Positions 1 to 8,694 of a stretch of DNA of 64,000 bases are shown piece after piece (position 1 is the first letter of the stretch; each line of letters begins with the position of its first letter). The notes below the pieces were generated by a model. That model saw nothing but the letters and a program-made list of their open reading frames with translations, searched no databases and had not been told where the DNA came from. The DNA is from Planctomycetota bacterium (GTDB taxonomy: Bacteria > Planctomycetota > B15-G4 > SIAN01): NCBI GenBank assembly GCA_031409275.1, contig JANNXA010000007.1, forward strand, positions 32,001-96,000. The letters run 5' to 3'. Both the position numbers and the translations under genes were made by a program.

Positions 1-2
1 CG

Positions 3-2318
3 CGAGCCGGCCGCAACGCTTCCGAACGATTCGCGCTTTCCGCCGGGCCACACCACCTCGAGTTGCGCCTCGCTCGCGCCGCCGGTCCCGAACAGCAATT
101 CGTACGGCTGGCAGGAGAGGTAGGCGTTGCCGATGCCCAGCGTCTGTGAGCACGGCCGCCCCGCGACGGTGGCGATGACCTGCGCGTTCACCGCCGACCA
201 GTGGCGCGACTTCGCCTCGAGCCGCACCTTCACGAAACGGCCGGCCGGGTCACCGAGGTCGTTGCGGAACAGCCGGTGGCGCGTGCGCTGCATCTCGTGG
301 TTGAAGAGGTCGAGGTCGCCATCGTCGTCGAAGTCGGCTGCCAGCAGCGCACGCCCATCGCCTTCGGAGTCGGCGCCGCTGACATCGGAGACGTCGAGGA
401 AGCCGTCGTCGCCGCGCAGCCACACCTTGTCGCGCTCGCGTCCGGCGTAGGACCAGCCCTCTTTCCACATCAGGTTGTACTGGGCCAGCCGGTACTGCTT
501 CGAGTTCACCTGCTGCGAAACGCGGATGCTCGGCTCCTGCGCCGCGTCGACGGTGGAGGCCACCATCTGTCGCCAGGTGAGGCTGCGGATGTCGCCAGGC
601 GTCGTGCGCGAGATGAAGCCGTTGACGCACACGAGGTCGAGACGGCCATCGAGGTCGAGGTCGCACGGTTGGCTGCCCCAACCCCAACGCCCCTCGGTCG
701 CGCCGAAGCTCTTCGGCATGCGCTCGAAACGGCCGTCCCGTTGCAGGAAGACCGAGTTGCCGCGCGCCACGTCGTCCATGCCGTGGAGCTGCTCGGGCTT
801 CAACGACAGGCGGGCGAGGATGCGGTCGCCTTCGACGGCGCACATGTTCGCAACATAGAGGTCGAGGCGACCGTCGTTGTCGAGGTCGCCGAAGCTCGCG
901 CTCATGCCGAAGCCGACGTCCAGCACGCCGAGCTCGGCGGCGCGATCGGTGAAGTGACCGCGGCCATCGTTCACGAACATCTGGTTGGGGCCGTAGTCGT
1001 TGGCGATGTAGAGGTCGTCGTCGCCGTCCTGATCCCAATCGGCCGCCGCGGCGGCGAGCGCCCATTGCGTGATGGTGATCCCGGCGGACTCCGTGACGTT
1101 CTCGAAGCGCTTGCCCTCGACGTTGCGCAGCAGCGCGTTGCGTGGCGCGTTGTCCGCGTGGGTCCACTTGTTGTTGCGGACGCGGGCGAGGTCGCCGTAG
1201 GTGCAGAGGAAGACGTCGAGCCAGCCGTCGCCGTCGATGTCGAGGATCACCAGGGTCGTGAACCAATCGCGCAGTTCGCCGGCCAGCTCGCTGCTGACGT
1301 CGACGTAACGCCAGTCGTCGCCCTCGCCGTCGCGACGCAGGAAACGCAGCGGATGGCCTCGAACCGCCCCATCCTTGTCGATCCAGCTTTCGTCGCCGAG
1401 CACGAGGTCGAGGTCGTGATCGTTGTCGAAGTCGAAGAACGCGACTCCCGTCGGGCTGCTGGCGTTGTCGAGCCCGCGCCGCGAAGCCTGCTCGACGAAA
1501 CCGCCTTCAGCGGCGGCGAGGTAGAGGTAGCTGCGGTCGTTCGCCGGCACGAAGAGGTCGAGCCGGCCATCGCCGTCGACGTCGGCCGTTGCCGCCCCTT
1601 CCCACGCGTAGGAGTAGTTGTCGAAGTCGGGCGTGATCAGCTCGACCCCCGCCGCCGCGCCGACTTCCGTGAACATCGCGCGCTCGCGTTCGAGCGACTC
1701 GAAGCTGCCCAGTTCCAGGCGCGACAGGCACCACTTGCGGTTCTCGCGACGCAGCTCGCCGCTGCCGATCGCCGTGGACGAGCGGCGCTTGCCCGCGCCA
1801 TCGTCGCCGATGACAGTCAGTCGCCACTGGATCGCGCCGGTCAACGGCGGACCGTTCGTGAAGTCGGCGCGCGTGAAATCGAGCCGCACCTCGTCGAGAT
1901 GCCGCCAGCTGCCGAGCAGCTCCTTCAGCGAGGCCAGCAGCCCGGCACGATCGACTTTCGCCGCACCCGTCACCGCATGCTCGATGCGGGTGACGCCACC
2001 CGGCCACGCGTGGCGCGCATGCTCCGGCGGCAGCGCGAGCGAGGTTCCCGCGAAGCCGGGTGCCAGGACGCCGTCACGATCGCTGAAATCCTGCTTCTCG
2101 AGCTGCTCGCACCAGAGCAGGACGCGCATCGCCGCCTCGTCGCAGAAGGTCTCGACGATCTCCATGTCGACGATCGGCTGGCCCTGCGTGGCGCCGATCT
2201 CCGCCACCAGCTCCTCCGCGCTCTTCGCGCGCGTCTGGCGTTGCCGCCACCACCACGCGCCGCCACCGCCGGCAGCCGTCAACACGAGGAGCAGAAGTAG
2301 AAGTCGAGCGCGTCCCAT
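3..2318 (-). CDS. CRTAC1-family protein (FG-GAP repeats plus C-terminal ASPIC/UnbV domain); 3' end runs off the window
   Basis: Not in the ORF track because it is open at the edge. Read manually from ATG at 2318 (MGRARLLLLLVLTAAGGGGAWWW). Contains many DxDxDG repeats and ends ...LEVVWPGGKRESFGSV, typical of ASPIC/UnbV. Confidence 0.85.
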   Translation of the reverse strand, partial: MGRARLLLLLLVLTAAGGGGAWWWRQRQTRAKSAEELVAEIGATQGQPIVDMEIVETFCDEAAMRVLLWCEQLEKQDFSDRDGVLAPGFAGTSLALPPEHARHAWPGGVTRIEHAVTGAAKVDRAGLLASLKELLGSWRHLDEVRLDFTRADFTNGPPLTGAIQWRLTVIGDDGAGKRRSSTAIGSGELRRENRKWCLSRLELGSFESLERERAMFTEVGAAAGVELITPDFDNYSYAWEGAATADVDGDGRLDLFVPANDRSYLYLAAAEGGFVEQASRRGLDNASSPTGVAFFDFDNDHDLDLVLGDESWIDKDGAVRGHPLRFLRRDGEGDDWRYVDVSSELAGELRDWFTTLVILDIDGDGWLDVFLCTYGDLARVRNNKWTHADNAPRNALLRNVEGKRFENVTESAGITITQWALAAAAADWDQDGDDDLYIANDYGPNQMFVNDGRGHFTDRAAELGVLDVGFGMSASFGDLDNDGRLDLYVANMCAVEGDRILARLSLKPEQLHGMDDVARGNSVFLQRDGRFERMPKSFGATEGRWGWGSQPCDLDLDGRLDLVCVNGFISRTTPGDIRSLTWRQMVASTVDAAQEPSIRVSQQVNSKQYRLAQYNLMWKEGWSYAGRERDKVWLRGDDGFLDVSDVSGADSEGDGRALLAADFDDDGDLDLFNHEMQRTRHRLFRNDLGDPAGRFVKVRLEAKSRHWSAVNAQVIATVAGRPCSQTLGIGNAYLSCQPYELLFGTGGASEAQLEVVWPGGKRESFGSVAAGS

Positions 2319-2449
2319 CCCGTCCGTATCCTTTTGCCCGTCCTCGTGAATCCAGCGCATCCAGACCCGAGAAATGGGCGCTGAACCCTAGCGCCGGATC
2401 GTGAAGAGCGCGAGGTGATGATTCACGCCACTGCCACGAGGTACCGAAC

Positions 2450-5400
2450 TTGAAACGCGCTTCCCAGCGCAGCGTCACCGCGACGCTGCTCTTGCTCGCC
2501 GGCGGTTGCGGTGACGATCCCGCCCCGGCGCCGCCGCCCGCGGAGGCACCGAGCGGCCCGGTCGCCGTCGACGTCCAGCTCGCCCGCGACCTTGCGGCGG
2601 CGGCGTTCGACGCCACCGACCACGTCAAGGCGCGCGCGCTGCTCGCGCCGCTCGTCGCAGCCGCCGACGCGCCCGGAGAAGACCTGCTTCGCGCCGCCAT
2701 CGTCGAGCTCGCGCTCGGGGAGCGCCAGGCCGCGCTCGCTTTCCTCGATCGCGCGCGCGCCACGCGCAGCCGTGACCCGCGGCTCTGGTTCAACCTCGCC
2801 CGCCTCGCGCGCGGCGAAGATCGGCTCGAAGAAGCGGTCGGCCACCTGAAGAAGGCGCTCGAGCTCGCTCCCGGCGATCTCTTCACCCAACTCGTGCTTG
2901 CCGTCACCTTGCACGACCTCGAGTCGCCGGATGCGCAAGGCGCCCTCCAGCGCATCCTCGACCAGGGGGTCGAGCACGGCGGCAGCGTCTACGTCGCCGC
3001 GCTCTATCGCATGAGCCGCCTGCACGTCGAGGCCGGACGGATGGAGCCCGCGAGCGCAGCGATGGATGAGTTCCAGCGCCTGCAGGACCAGGGGATCACC
3101 GCCCCCGACAACGAGCAGGTCGAGCGTGGCAGCTTCGGCGTGCTGGCGCCGCCGCGGCCGCAGACGGTGGCCGCCGCTGCGCCGCTGCCGCCCGCTGCGC
3201 CGCTCCTCGCGCCAACCACGCTGGTCGCGTGGCCGGGCACGCTGGGCGTCCGAGCGATCACGCTGCAGGACGATCGGGCGTACGCGATCACTACCAAGGT
3301 CGCCGCGCCGATGCAGCGAGCGCCCGAGCTGCTGCTCTGGGGCAGCGGCGGAGTCGCGCTCGCCGCTCGGGGAGCCGACGGAGCGTTCACCGTCACCGTC
3401 ATCGACCCACGCGCGGCCACGACGGCCGCCGCGCTCGACTGGGACAAGGACGGCGATCTCGATCTGATCGCGGCCCAGGGCAGCGAACTGCACGGCTACG
3501 CCAACGAGCGCGGCTCGTTCGTCGCGGCCGTCACCGTCTCGGCGAAACTGACAGCACCCGCCGCGGACCTCGTGGCGGTCGACTACGACCACGATGGCGA
3601 CCTCGACCTCTTCGTGGTCGGCACTTTCGGCGCGTTGCTGCTGCGTGACGACGGCCTCGCGCAAGGCGGCGCGCTGACGATCGATCGCGACAGCGGCGTC
3701 GCCGTCGAGGGCGCCTGCACCTGGTGCGCGATCGAGGATCTCGACTGCGATCAAGATGTCGATCTGCTGACCGGCTCGACGCAGGGCACCTGGCTCTTCG
3801 ACAACTTGCGCGGCGGCCACTTCCGCCGCCGCGACGGCGTGCTGCCGGCGCCATTCCACGGCGCTCGCGCTCCGCTGCTTGGCGATTTCGACCAGGACGG
3901 TCGTCCCGATGGCGCTCGCGCCGGCGCGCTCGGCCACTTCGGTCCCGACTTCACGTTCCGTGCAGCCACGAGCGGCGCTCCCGGCGCCGGTGGCGAGCTC
4001 GTCGCGCAAGGCGACCTCGATCGCGACGGGCGCAGCGACGGCTTCGGCGTGCGCGACGGCGCCGCCACGTTGGTGCCGGCGTTGGCGAGCGGAACCGCCG
4101 AGTGGAAGGGGCCGACCTGCGGCGAGGCGCTTCCGACCACCATCGTCGACGTCGATGCGGATGGCGGCCCCGACCTGCTGTTTGGAGCGGTGGGCACCGT
4201 CTCGTGGACGCGCGTCGCGGCGTCGACCCATTCGGGAATGCGCCTGACGCTGGTCGGCGTGAAGGACAATCGCCGCGGCGTCGGCGCCGTGGTGGAGCTG
4301 CGGGCGAGAGAGGTCTACACACGCCTCTACTGGGATGGCGAGCCGCGTCTGTTGGGCCTTGGCGCGCATGCGCAAGCGGACTTCATTCGCGTCACCTGGC
4401 CCAACGGCGTCGTGCAGACCGTCACTGATTGCGCCGCCGGCAGCGCGCAGGTGATCGAGCAGAAGGAGGGGCTGGTGGGCTCCTGCCCGTTCCTCTACAC
4501 GTGGAACGGCACGCGCTACGAGTTCATCACCGACGTGCTCGGCATCACGCCGTTGGGATTGCCGATGGCGCCTGGAATGCTGGTGCCGCCCGACCACGAC
4601 GAGTATGTGTTGATCCGTGGCGAGCAGCTCGCGCCGCGCGACGGCAGCTACGACCTGCAGCTCACGGAAGAGCTGCGCGAGGTGACCTACCTCGACCGCG
4701 TGCGGCTCGATGTCGTCGATCATCCGGACGGCAGCGAGATCTATCCCAACGAGCGCTTCACCTTTCCGCCGTTCCCGGAAGCGAAGACGCACCTCGTCGT
4801 CGCACCGCGCGCGCCGATCGAGGCGACCGGCAGCGATGGCGGCGACTGGCGCGCGGCGCTGGCCCAAGCGGACGGCGAGCTCGCGATGCCGTTCGCCCCC
4901 TACCGGCCCGCGGAGGCCGGTGAGACGCACTCACCGACTTGGGGCGGGCAGTTCCAGGGCCTGGCACCGCGCCACTGGCTCGAGCTGCGCTTCGACCCGA
5001 GCGACCTGGCGCAGGCGAAGTTGCTGCGCCTGGTGATGACCGGCTGGTTCTTCTGGACCGACGCCAGCGTGAACGTCGCGGCGGCGCGCACGCCGACGGT
5101 GCGCTTCGAGCCGCCGGTGTTGCAGGTGCCCGATGGCGCCGGCGGTTGGCGCGATGCGGGTCCGCCGATTGGTTTCCCGGCCGGCAAGTTGAAGTCGATG
5201 GTGATCGACGTCAGCGATCTGCTGCCGCGCCACGATCCGCGCTTGCGCCTCGTCTCGACGCTGCGCCTCTATTGGGACTCGATCCGCCTCGCCATCGACG
5301 ACGGCACCACGCCGTTCACGACCACCTCGATCGAACCGGCCAGCGCGCGACTCTGGGAACGAGGCTTCTCCGCTTCGCAGTTGCTGCCCGGACATCAGCA

Positions 5401-5860
5401 GCTCGAGTGGTTCGACTGGGACCGCCTCGCCAGCGAGCCGCGCTGGAACCAGCACCCCGGCAGCTACACGCGGCTCGGGGACGTGCTGCCGCTCACGGGC
5501 GCGATCGACGATCGCTTCGTGGTGATGGGTTCGGGCGACGCGCTCCACTTGCGCTTCCCGGCCACGGGGTTGCCGCCGCTCGCGGCCGGATGGCGACGCG
5601 ATTTCCTGCTCTTCGTCGACGGCTGGGCAAAAGACCGCGACGCCAACAGCGTCGAGGCGCTGCACGTCGAACCGCTCCCCTTCCACGGAATGGCGGGCTA
5701 CCCCTACGATGCACCGCAGCACTTCCCGGACGACCCGCTCCATCAGGAGTGGCGACGTGAGTGGCAGACGCGACCTTCTCGGAACTGGATTCCGACTCTG
5801 GCCCCGCGCTCGCCCTTCACGCCGGCTGGGACTGCGGAAGCGACCGGCGCCAGCCGATGA
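2450..5860 (+). CDS. Lipoprotein with TPR, FG-GAP and ASPIC/UnbV domains and a large C-terminal domain
   Basis: 1136-aa ORF. Lipobox LAGGC, TPR-like helices, DxDxDGD repeats, NRRGVGAVVE...LGLG...VTWPNG (ASPIC), then GSCPFLYTWNG. TTG start with GAGGT upstream. Confidence 0.85.
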   Translation: MKRASQRSVTATLLLLAGGCGDDPAPAPPPAEAPSGPVAVDVQLARDLAAAAFDATDHVKARALLAPLVAAADAPGEDLLRAAIVELALGERQAALAFLDRARATRSRDPRLWFNLARLARGEDRLEEAVGHLKKALELAPGDLFTQLVLAVTLHDLESPDAQGALQRILDQGVEHGGSVYVAALYRMSRLHVEAGRMEPASAAMDEFQRLQDQGITAPDNEQVERGSFGVLAPPRPQTVAAAAPLPPAAPLLAPTTLVAWPGTLGVRAITLQDDRAYAITTKVAAPMQRAPELLLWGSGGVALAARGADGAFTVTVIDPRAATTAAALDWDKDGDLDLIAAQGSELHGYANERGSFVAAVTVSAKLTAPAADLVAVDYDHDGDLDLFVVGTFGALLLRDDGLAQGGALTIDRDSGVAVEGACTWCAIEDLDCDQDVDLLTGSTQGTWLFDNLRGGHFRRRDGVLPAPFHGARAPLLGDFDQDGRPDGARAGALGHFGPDFTFRAATSGAPGAGGELVAQGDLDRDGRSDGFGVRDGAATLVPALASGTAEWKGPTCGEALPTTIVDVDADGGPDLLFGAVGTVSWTRVAASTHSGMRLTLVGVKDNRRGVGAVVELRAREVYTRLYWDGEPRLLGLGAHAQADFIRVTWPNGVVQTVTDCAAGSAQVIEQKEGLVGSCPFLYTWNGTRYEFITDVLGITPLGLPMAPGMLVPPDHDEYVLIRGEQLAPRDGSYDLQLTEELREVTYLDRVRLDVVDHPDGSEIYPNERFTFPPFPEAKTHLVVAPRAPIEATGSDGGDWRAALAQADGELAMPFAPYRPAEAGETHSPTWGGQFQGLAPRHWLELRFDPSDLAQAKLLRLVMTGWFFWTDASVNVAAARTPTVRFEPPVLQVPDGAGGWRDAGPPIGFPAGKLKSMVIDVSDLLPRHDPRLRLVSTLRLYWDSIRLAIDDGTTPFTTTSIEPASARLWERGFSASQLLPGHQQLEWFDWDRLASEPRWNQHPGSYTRLGDVLPLTGAIDDRFVVMGSGDALHLRFPATGLPPLAAGWRRDFLLFVDGWAKDRDANSVEALHVEPLPFHGMAGYPYDAPQHFPDDPLHQEWRREWQTRPSRNWIPTLAPRSPFTPAGTAEATGASR

Positions 5861-5916
5861 GCGGGCTCGACGTGCGCAGCGTGCGCCCGCCCTCCTGCAA
5901 CGAACGGAGTTTCAGC

Positions 5917-7305
5917 GTGATCGATCGAGCCGCGCGTGGCGTCACCTCCTTCAGCCTGGCCTTCTTCTTGTCGTGCACGACGCTCGCGGGCGGCTGCAGC
6001 CACGCCGCCGACCTCTTCGATCCGGCGCCGCCCCGCGGTGGCGGTGGCGGTGGCGGAGGAGCGGCACCGGTGGGCTACGACGCCACGCTTCCCAACGCAC
6101 CGCTGCCGAAACTGGGCGCGGGGGTACCGGCACCCGGCTACCTGGTCGGACTCTCGCCGGATGAGGCGAAGGCGCTGAAGGACGCGCCTGTCGGCAGCCG
6201 CCTCGCGAAGCTGCGCGATCGCGCCTTGGCCGCCGCGAAGCTGACCGACGCTCCGCTGGTGATCCTGCCGGGTCGCCACCTCACCGATCGGCGCATGAGC
6301 AGCGACGTCCCGGCGAACCTGGCGCTCGACCTCGGCTTCCTGATCCAGTGGAACGAGCTCGTCGACGCGCTCGGGCTGGCCTACGCCATCACGGGCGACG
6401 CGAAGTACGCCAAGCGCGTCGATGATCACCTGCGGCCGTGGCTGAACTTCTCGCCGCCCAACGGTCAGGGCCTCACGCAAGGCGGCGAGCCGAGCGTCTA
6501 CCACCGCAACTTCTTCGGCGTCTTCCGCGCGGCCGAGCAGTGCTGGTCCGGGCTGACGCCCACCGGCAAGCAGGCGGCGGTGAAGCTCGCGATCACCATC
6601 CAGGACCGCCTCGAAGATTGGTGGATGCGCACGCCTTGGGAGCGCGGCAACCATGCCGCCGCCACGGCGCAGACCGGCATCTACGCCGGCATCGTGCTGG
6701 TGCGTGCCGGCAACAGCGACCCGAGCCTGATCAGCCCCGCCGCCGCACAGGCGCGCCTCGACAAGTTCATCAACGCCGGCGCCAACATGGCGAGCAGCTC
6801 GCTGATCGGCGGCAAGCAGCGCCAGATGGGGTTGCTCGGCTTCGGTCCGCAGGCGCGCGTCGGCATCCTCACCACGGCCAACACGGCGCTCTACCAGTCG
6901 CAGGGGTATGCGACGTCGAACATGCTGGGCGCCAGCATGGACTTCTTCTACAAGCCGGCCGACAAGCGCTTCGGCTACCACGCGCTGCTGACGCATCACC
7001 TGCTGACGAGCTACTGGGCGCTGGTGCGCAGCGGTCTCGACAAGAGCACGCTGACGCAAACCGCCGAAGCGCGCCTGGCGATTGGCGACCTGCTCGAGTT
7101 CACGCGCCCCTACCTCGAACGCGGCGAGCTCCTGGTCACCGCAAAGGGCAAGGCGCCGGCGCCCGCGACGGATGGTCGCACGCGCGAGATCGTCGCGATG
7201 GCGGCGCGTCTCTTCCCCGAGAAGCGCTGGCTCGAGACCTGCCGCCTGCGCGGCGAACCGGTCAACTTCGCCGAGGTCTACGCCGAGGTCGCCACCTTCC
7301 AGTGA
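5917..7305 (+). CDS. Hypothetical lipoprotein, alginate-lyase/heparinase-like alpha-toroid fold suspected
   Basis: GTG at 5917 follows GGAG (alternative ATG at 5857 overlaps the upstream stop). Lipobox LAGGC, Gly linker, ALGLAYAITGDAKYA and GNH motifs. Confidence 0.6.
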   Translation: MIDRAARGVTSFSLAFFLSCTTLAGGCSHAADLFDPAPPRGGGGGGGGAAPVGYDATLPNAPLPKLGAGVPAPGYLVGLSPDEAKALKDAPVGSRLAKLRDRALAAAKLTDAPLVILPGRHLTDRRMSSDVPANLALDLGFLIQWNELVDALGLAYAITGDAKYAKRVDDHLRPWLNFSPPNGQGLTQGGEPSVYHRNFFGVFRAAEQCWSGLTPTGKQAAVKLAITIQDRLEDWWMRTPWERGNHAAATAQTGIYAGIVLVRAGNSDPSLISPAAAQARLDKFINAGANMASSSLIGGKQRQMGLLGFGPQARVGILTTANTALYQSQGYATSNMLGASMDFFYKPADKRFGYHALLTHHLLTSYWALVRSGLDKSTLTQTAEARLAIGDLLEFTRPYLERGELLVTAKGKAPAPATDGRTREIVAMAARLFPEKRWLETCRLRGEPVNFAEVYAEVATFQ

Positions 7306-7964
7306 CGTCGCCGCCACCCGCCGCGCCAGCGCCGGCATCGGCGCCTCCGAGCTTCTTCGATCGAGTGCACCGGGCCTGGCGACGGCGCGTCTGGTTCCAC
7401 GAACTGCTGTGCCTGGCACGGCGCGAATGCGCCTTGCCGGTGCCGGCCGGCGGCGAAGAGATCGGCCAGCAGCTGGTGATGCGACAAGCGACGGCGGCGG
7501 ACGCCCCCCTGTGGGAGGAGTCCTGGGCGGCGAAGGTGCCGTGGTACCTCGAGCGACTGAAGAGCAAGAGCGAGTTCTGTTGGCTCGGCATCGTGAAGGG
7601 GCGGCTTGCCGTCCACTGCTGGTACAACCACGGCCCCTACCGCGACCCGGTGATGCAACACACCTTCGACCCTGGCGCGCGCGGCGCCTACTTCGGCGAA
7701 GGGTGGGTCCATCCCGACTTCCGCGTCGGCGGATTGGCCACCGCATTCAACCGCCGCATCTACACCGAGATCCTGCCCGCCGCCGGCATCGACCACGTGC
7801 TGTGCTACTACGCAGTCGACAACGTGCCGTCGGTGAAGCTGCAGGCGCGCTTCGGCTTCGTCGAGATCGGCTGGCTGCACCACTGGCGCGTGGTCGGACG
7901 GCATCTCTTCGCGAAGGCGGCGATGCCGAAGGGGCGAGACCAGGTAGTGAAGGTGGCGCGCTGA
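7302..7964 (+). CDS. GNAT-family N-acetyltransferase-like protein
   Basis: GTGA overlap with the upstream stop. VHPDFRVGGLA (motif A) and NVPSVKLQARFGF (motif B). Confidence 0.7.
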   Translation: MTSPPPAAPAPASAPPSFFDRVHRAWRRRVWFHELLCLARRECALPVPAGGEEIGQQLVMRQATAADAPLWEESWAAKVPWYLERLKSKSEFCWLGIVKGRLAVHCWYNHGPYRDPVMQHTFDPGARGAYFGEGWVHPDFRVGGLATAFNRRIYTEILPAAGIDHVLCYYAVDNVPSVKLQARFGFVEIGWLHHWRVVGRHLFAKAAMPKGRDQVVKVAR

Positions 7965-8004
7965 CAAACGCCTGGCGACATGGCGCGCTCGTGGGGGAAC
8001 GCCG

Positions 8005-8598
8005 ATGGGTTGGCTCGCACCGATCACCCTTTCGGGGAAGCATGCGACGCTGGTGCCGCTGGCCGCGGCTCATCGCGAGCCATTGGCCGCGGCCGTGCGT
8101 GACGGCGAGCTGTGGAAGCTCTGGTACACCGCGGTGCCGAGCCCCGACGAGATGGCGTCCGAGATCGCGCGGCGCCTCGATCTGCAACAGGCCGGCGCGA
8201 TGCTGCCCTTCACCGTGCTGGATCACGCGGGGGTGCCGGTCGGCATGACGACCTACATGAACGTCGACGCGAAACAGCGTCGTGTCGAGATCGGCAGCAC
8301 GTGGTACGCGCAGCGAGTGCAGCGCACGGCACTCAACAGCGACTGCAAACGGATGCTTCTGCAGCACGCCTTCGAGACGCTCGAGTGCATCGCCGTCGAG
8401 TTTCGCACCCACCGCCTCAACCTGCAGAGCCGACGCGCCATCGAGCGCCTCGGCGCGCAGTTCGACGGCATCCTGCGGGCTCACATGGTCATGAAAGACG
8501 GCACCATTCGCGACACCGCCGTCTACAGCATCACCGCGAGCGAGTGGCCGGTGGTCCGCGCGCACCTCGACTTCGAGCGCTCGAAGCCACGCGAGTAG
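8005..8598 (+). CDS. GNAT-family N-acetyltransferase (RimJ/RimL type)
   Basis: RRVEIGSTWY...QRTALN...NLQSRRAIERLGAQFDGILR...RDTAVYSI signature. Confidence 0.92.
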   Translation: MGWLAPITLSGKHATLVPLAAAHREPLAAAVRDGELWKLWYTAVPSPDEMASEIARRLDLQQAGAMLPFTVLDHAGVPVGMTTYMNVDAKQRRVEIGSTWYAQRVQRTALNSDCKRMLLQHAFETLECIAVEFRTHRLNLQSRRAIERLGAQFDGILRAHMVMKDGTIRDTAVYSITASEWPVVRAHLDFERSKPRE

Positions 8599-8694
8599 CG
8601 GCGAATCGCTCGACCGCTCGCGCGACGCGTCCTGGCACGAACGCCTGCTGCGGCGGCGGCCGCGCGCGTTCGGGCCGGCCCCCCCGCCTGCCGC

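Noticed and set aside
201..2300. Long + strand ORF (699 aa) and similar long antisense ORFs (e.g. 2423..4930, 8776..11085, 12623..14521, 21220..23355, 47395..49476, 50992..53868, 55082..58042)
   Set aside because: Shadow frames opposite well-supported genes. High GC suppresses stops, and the translations have no recognisable motifs.
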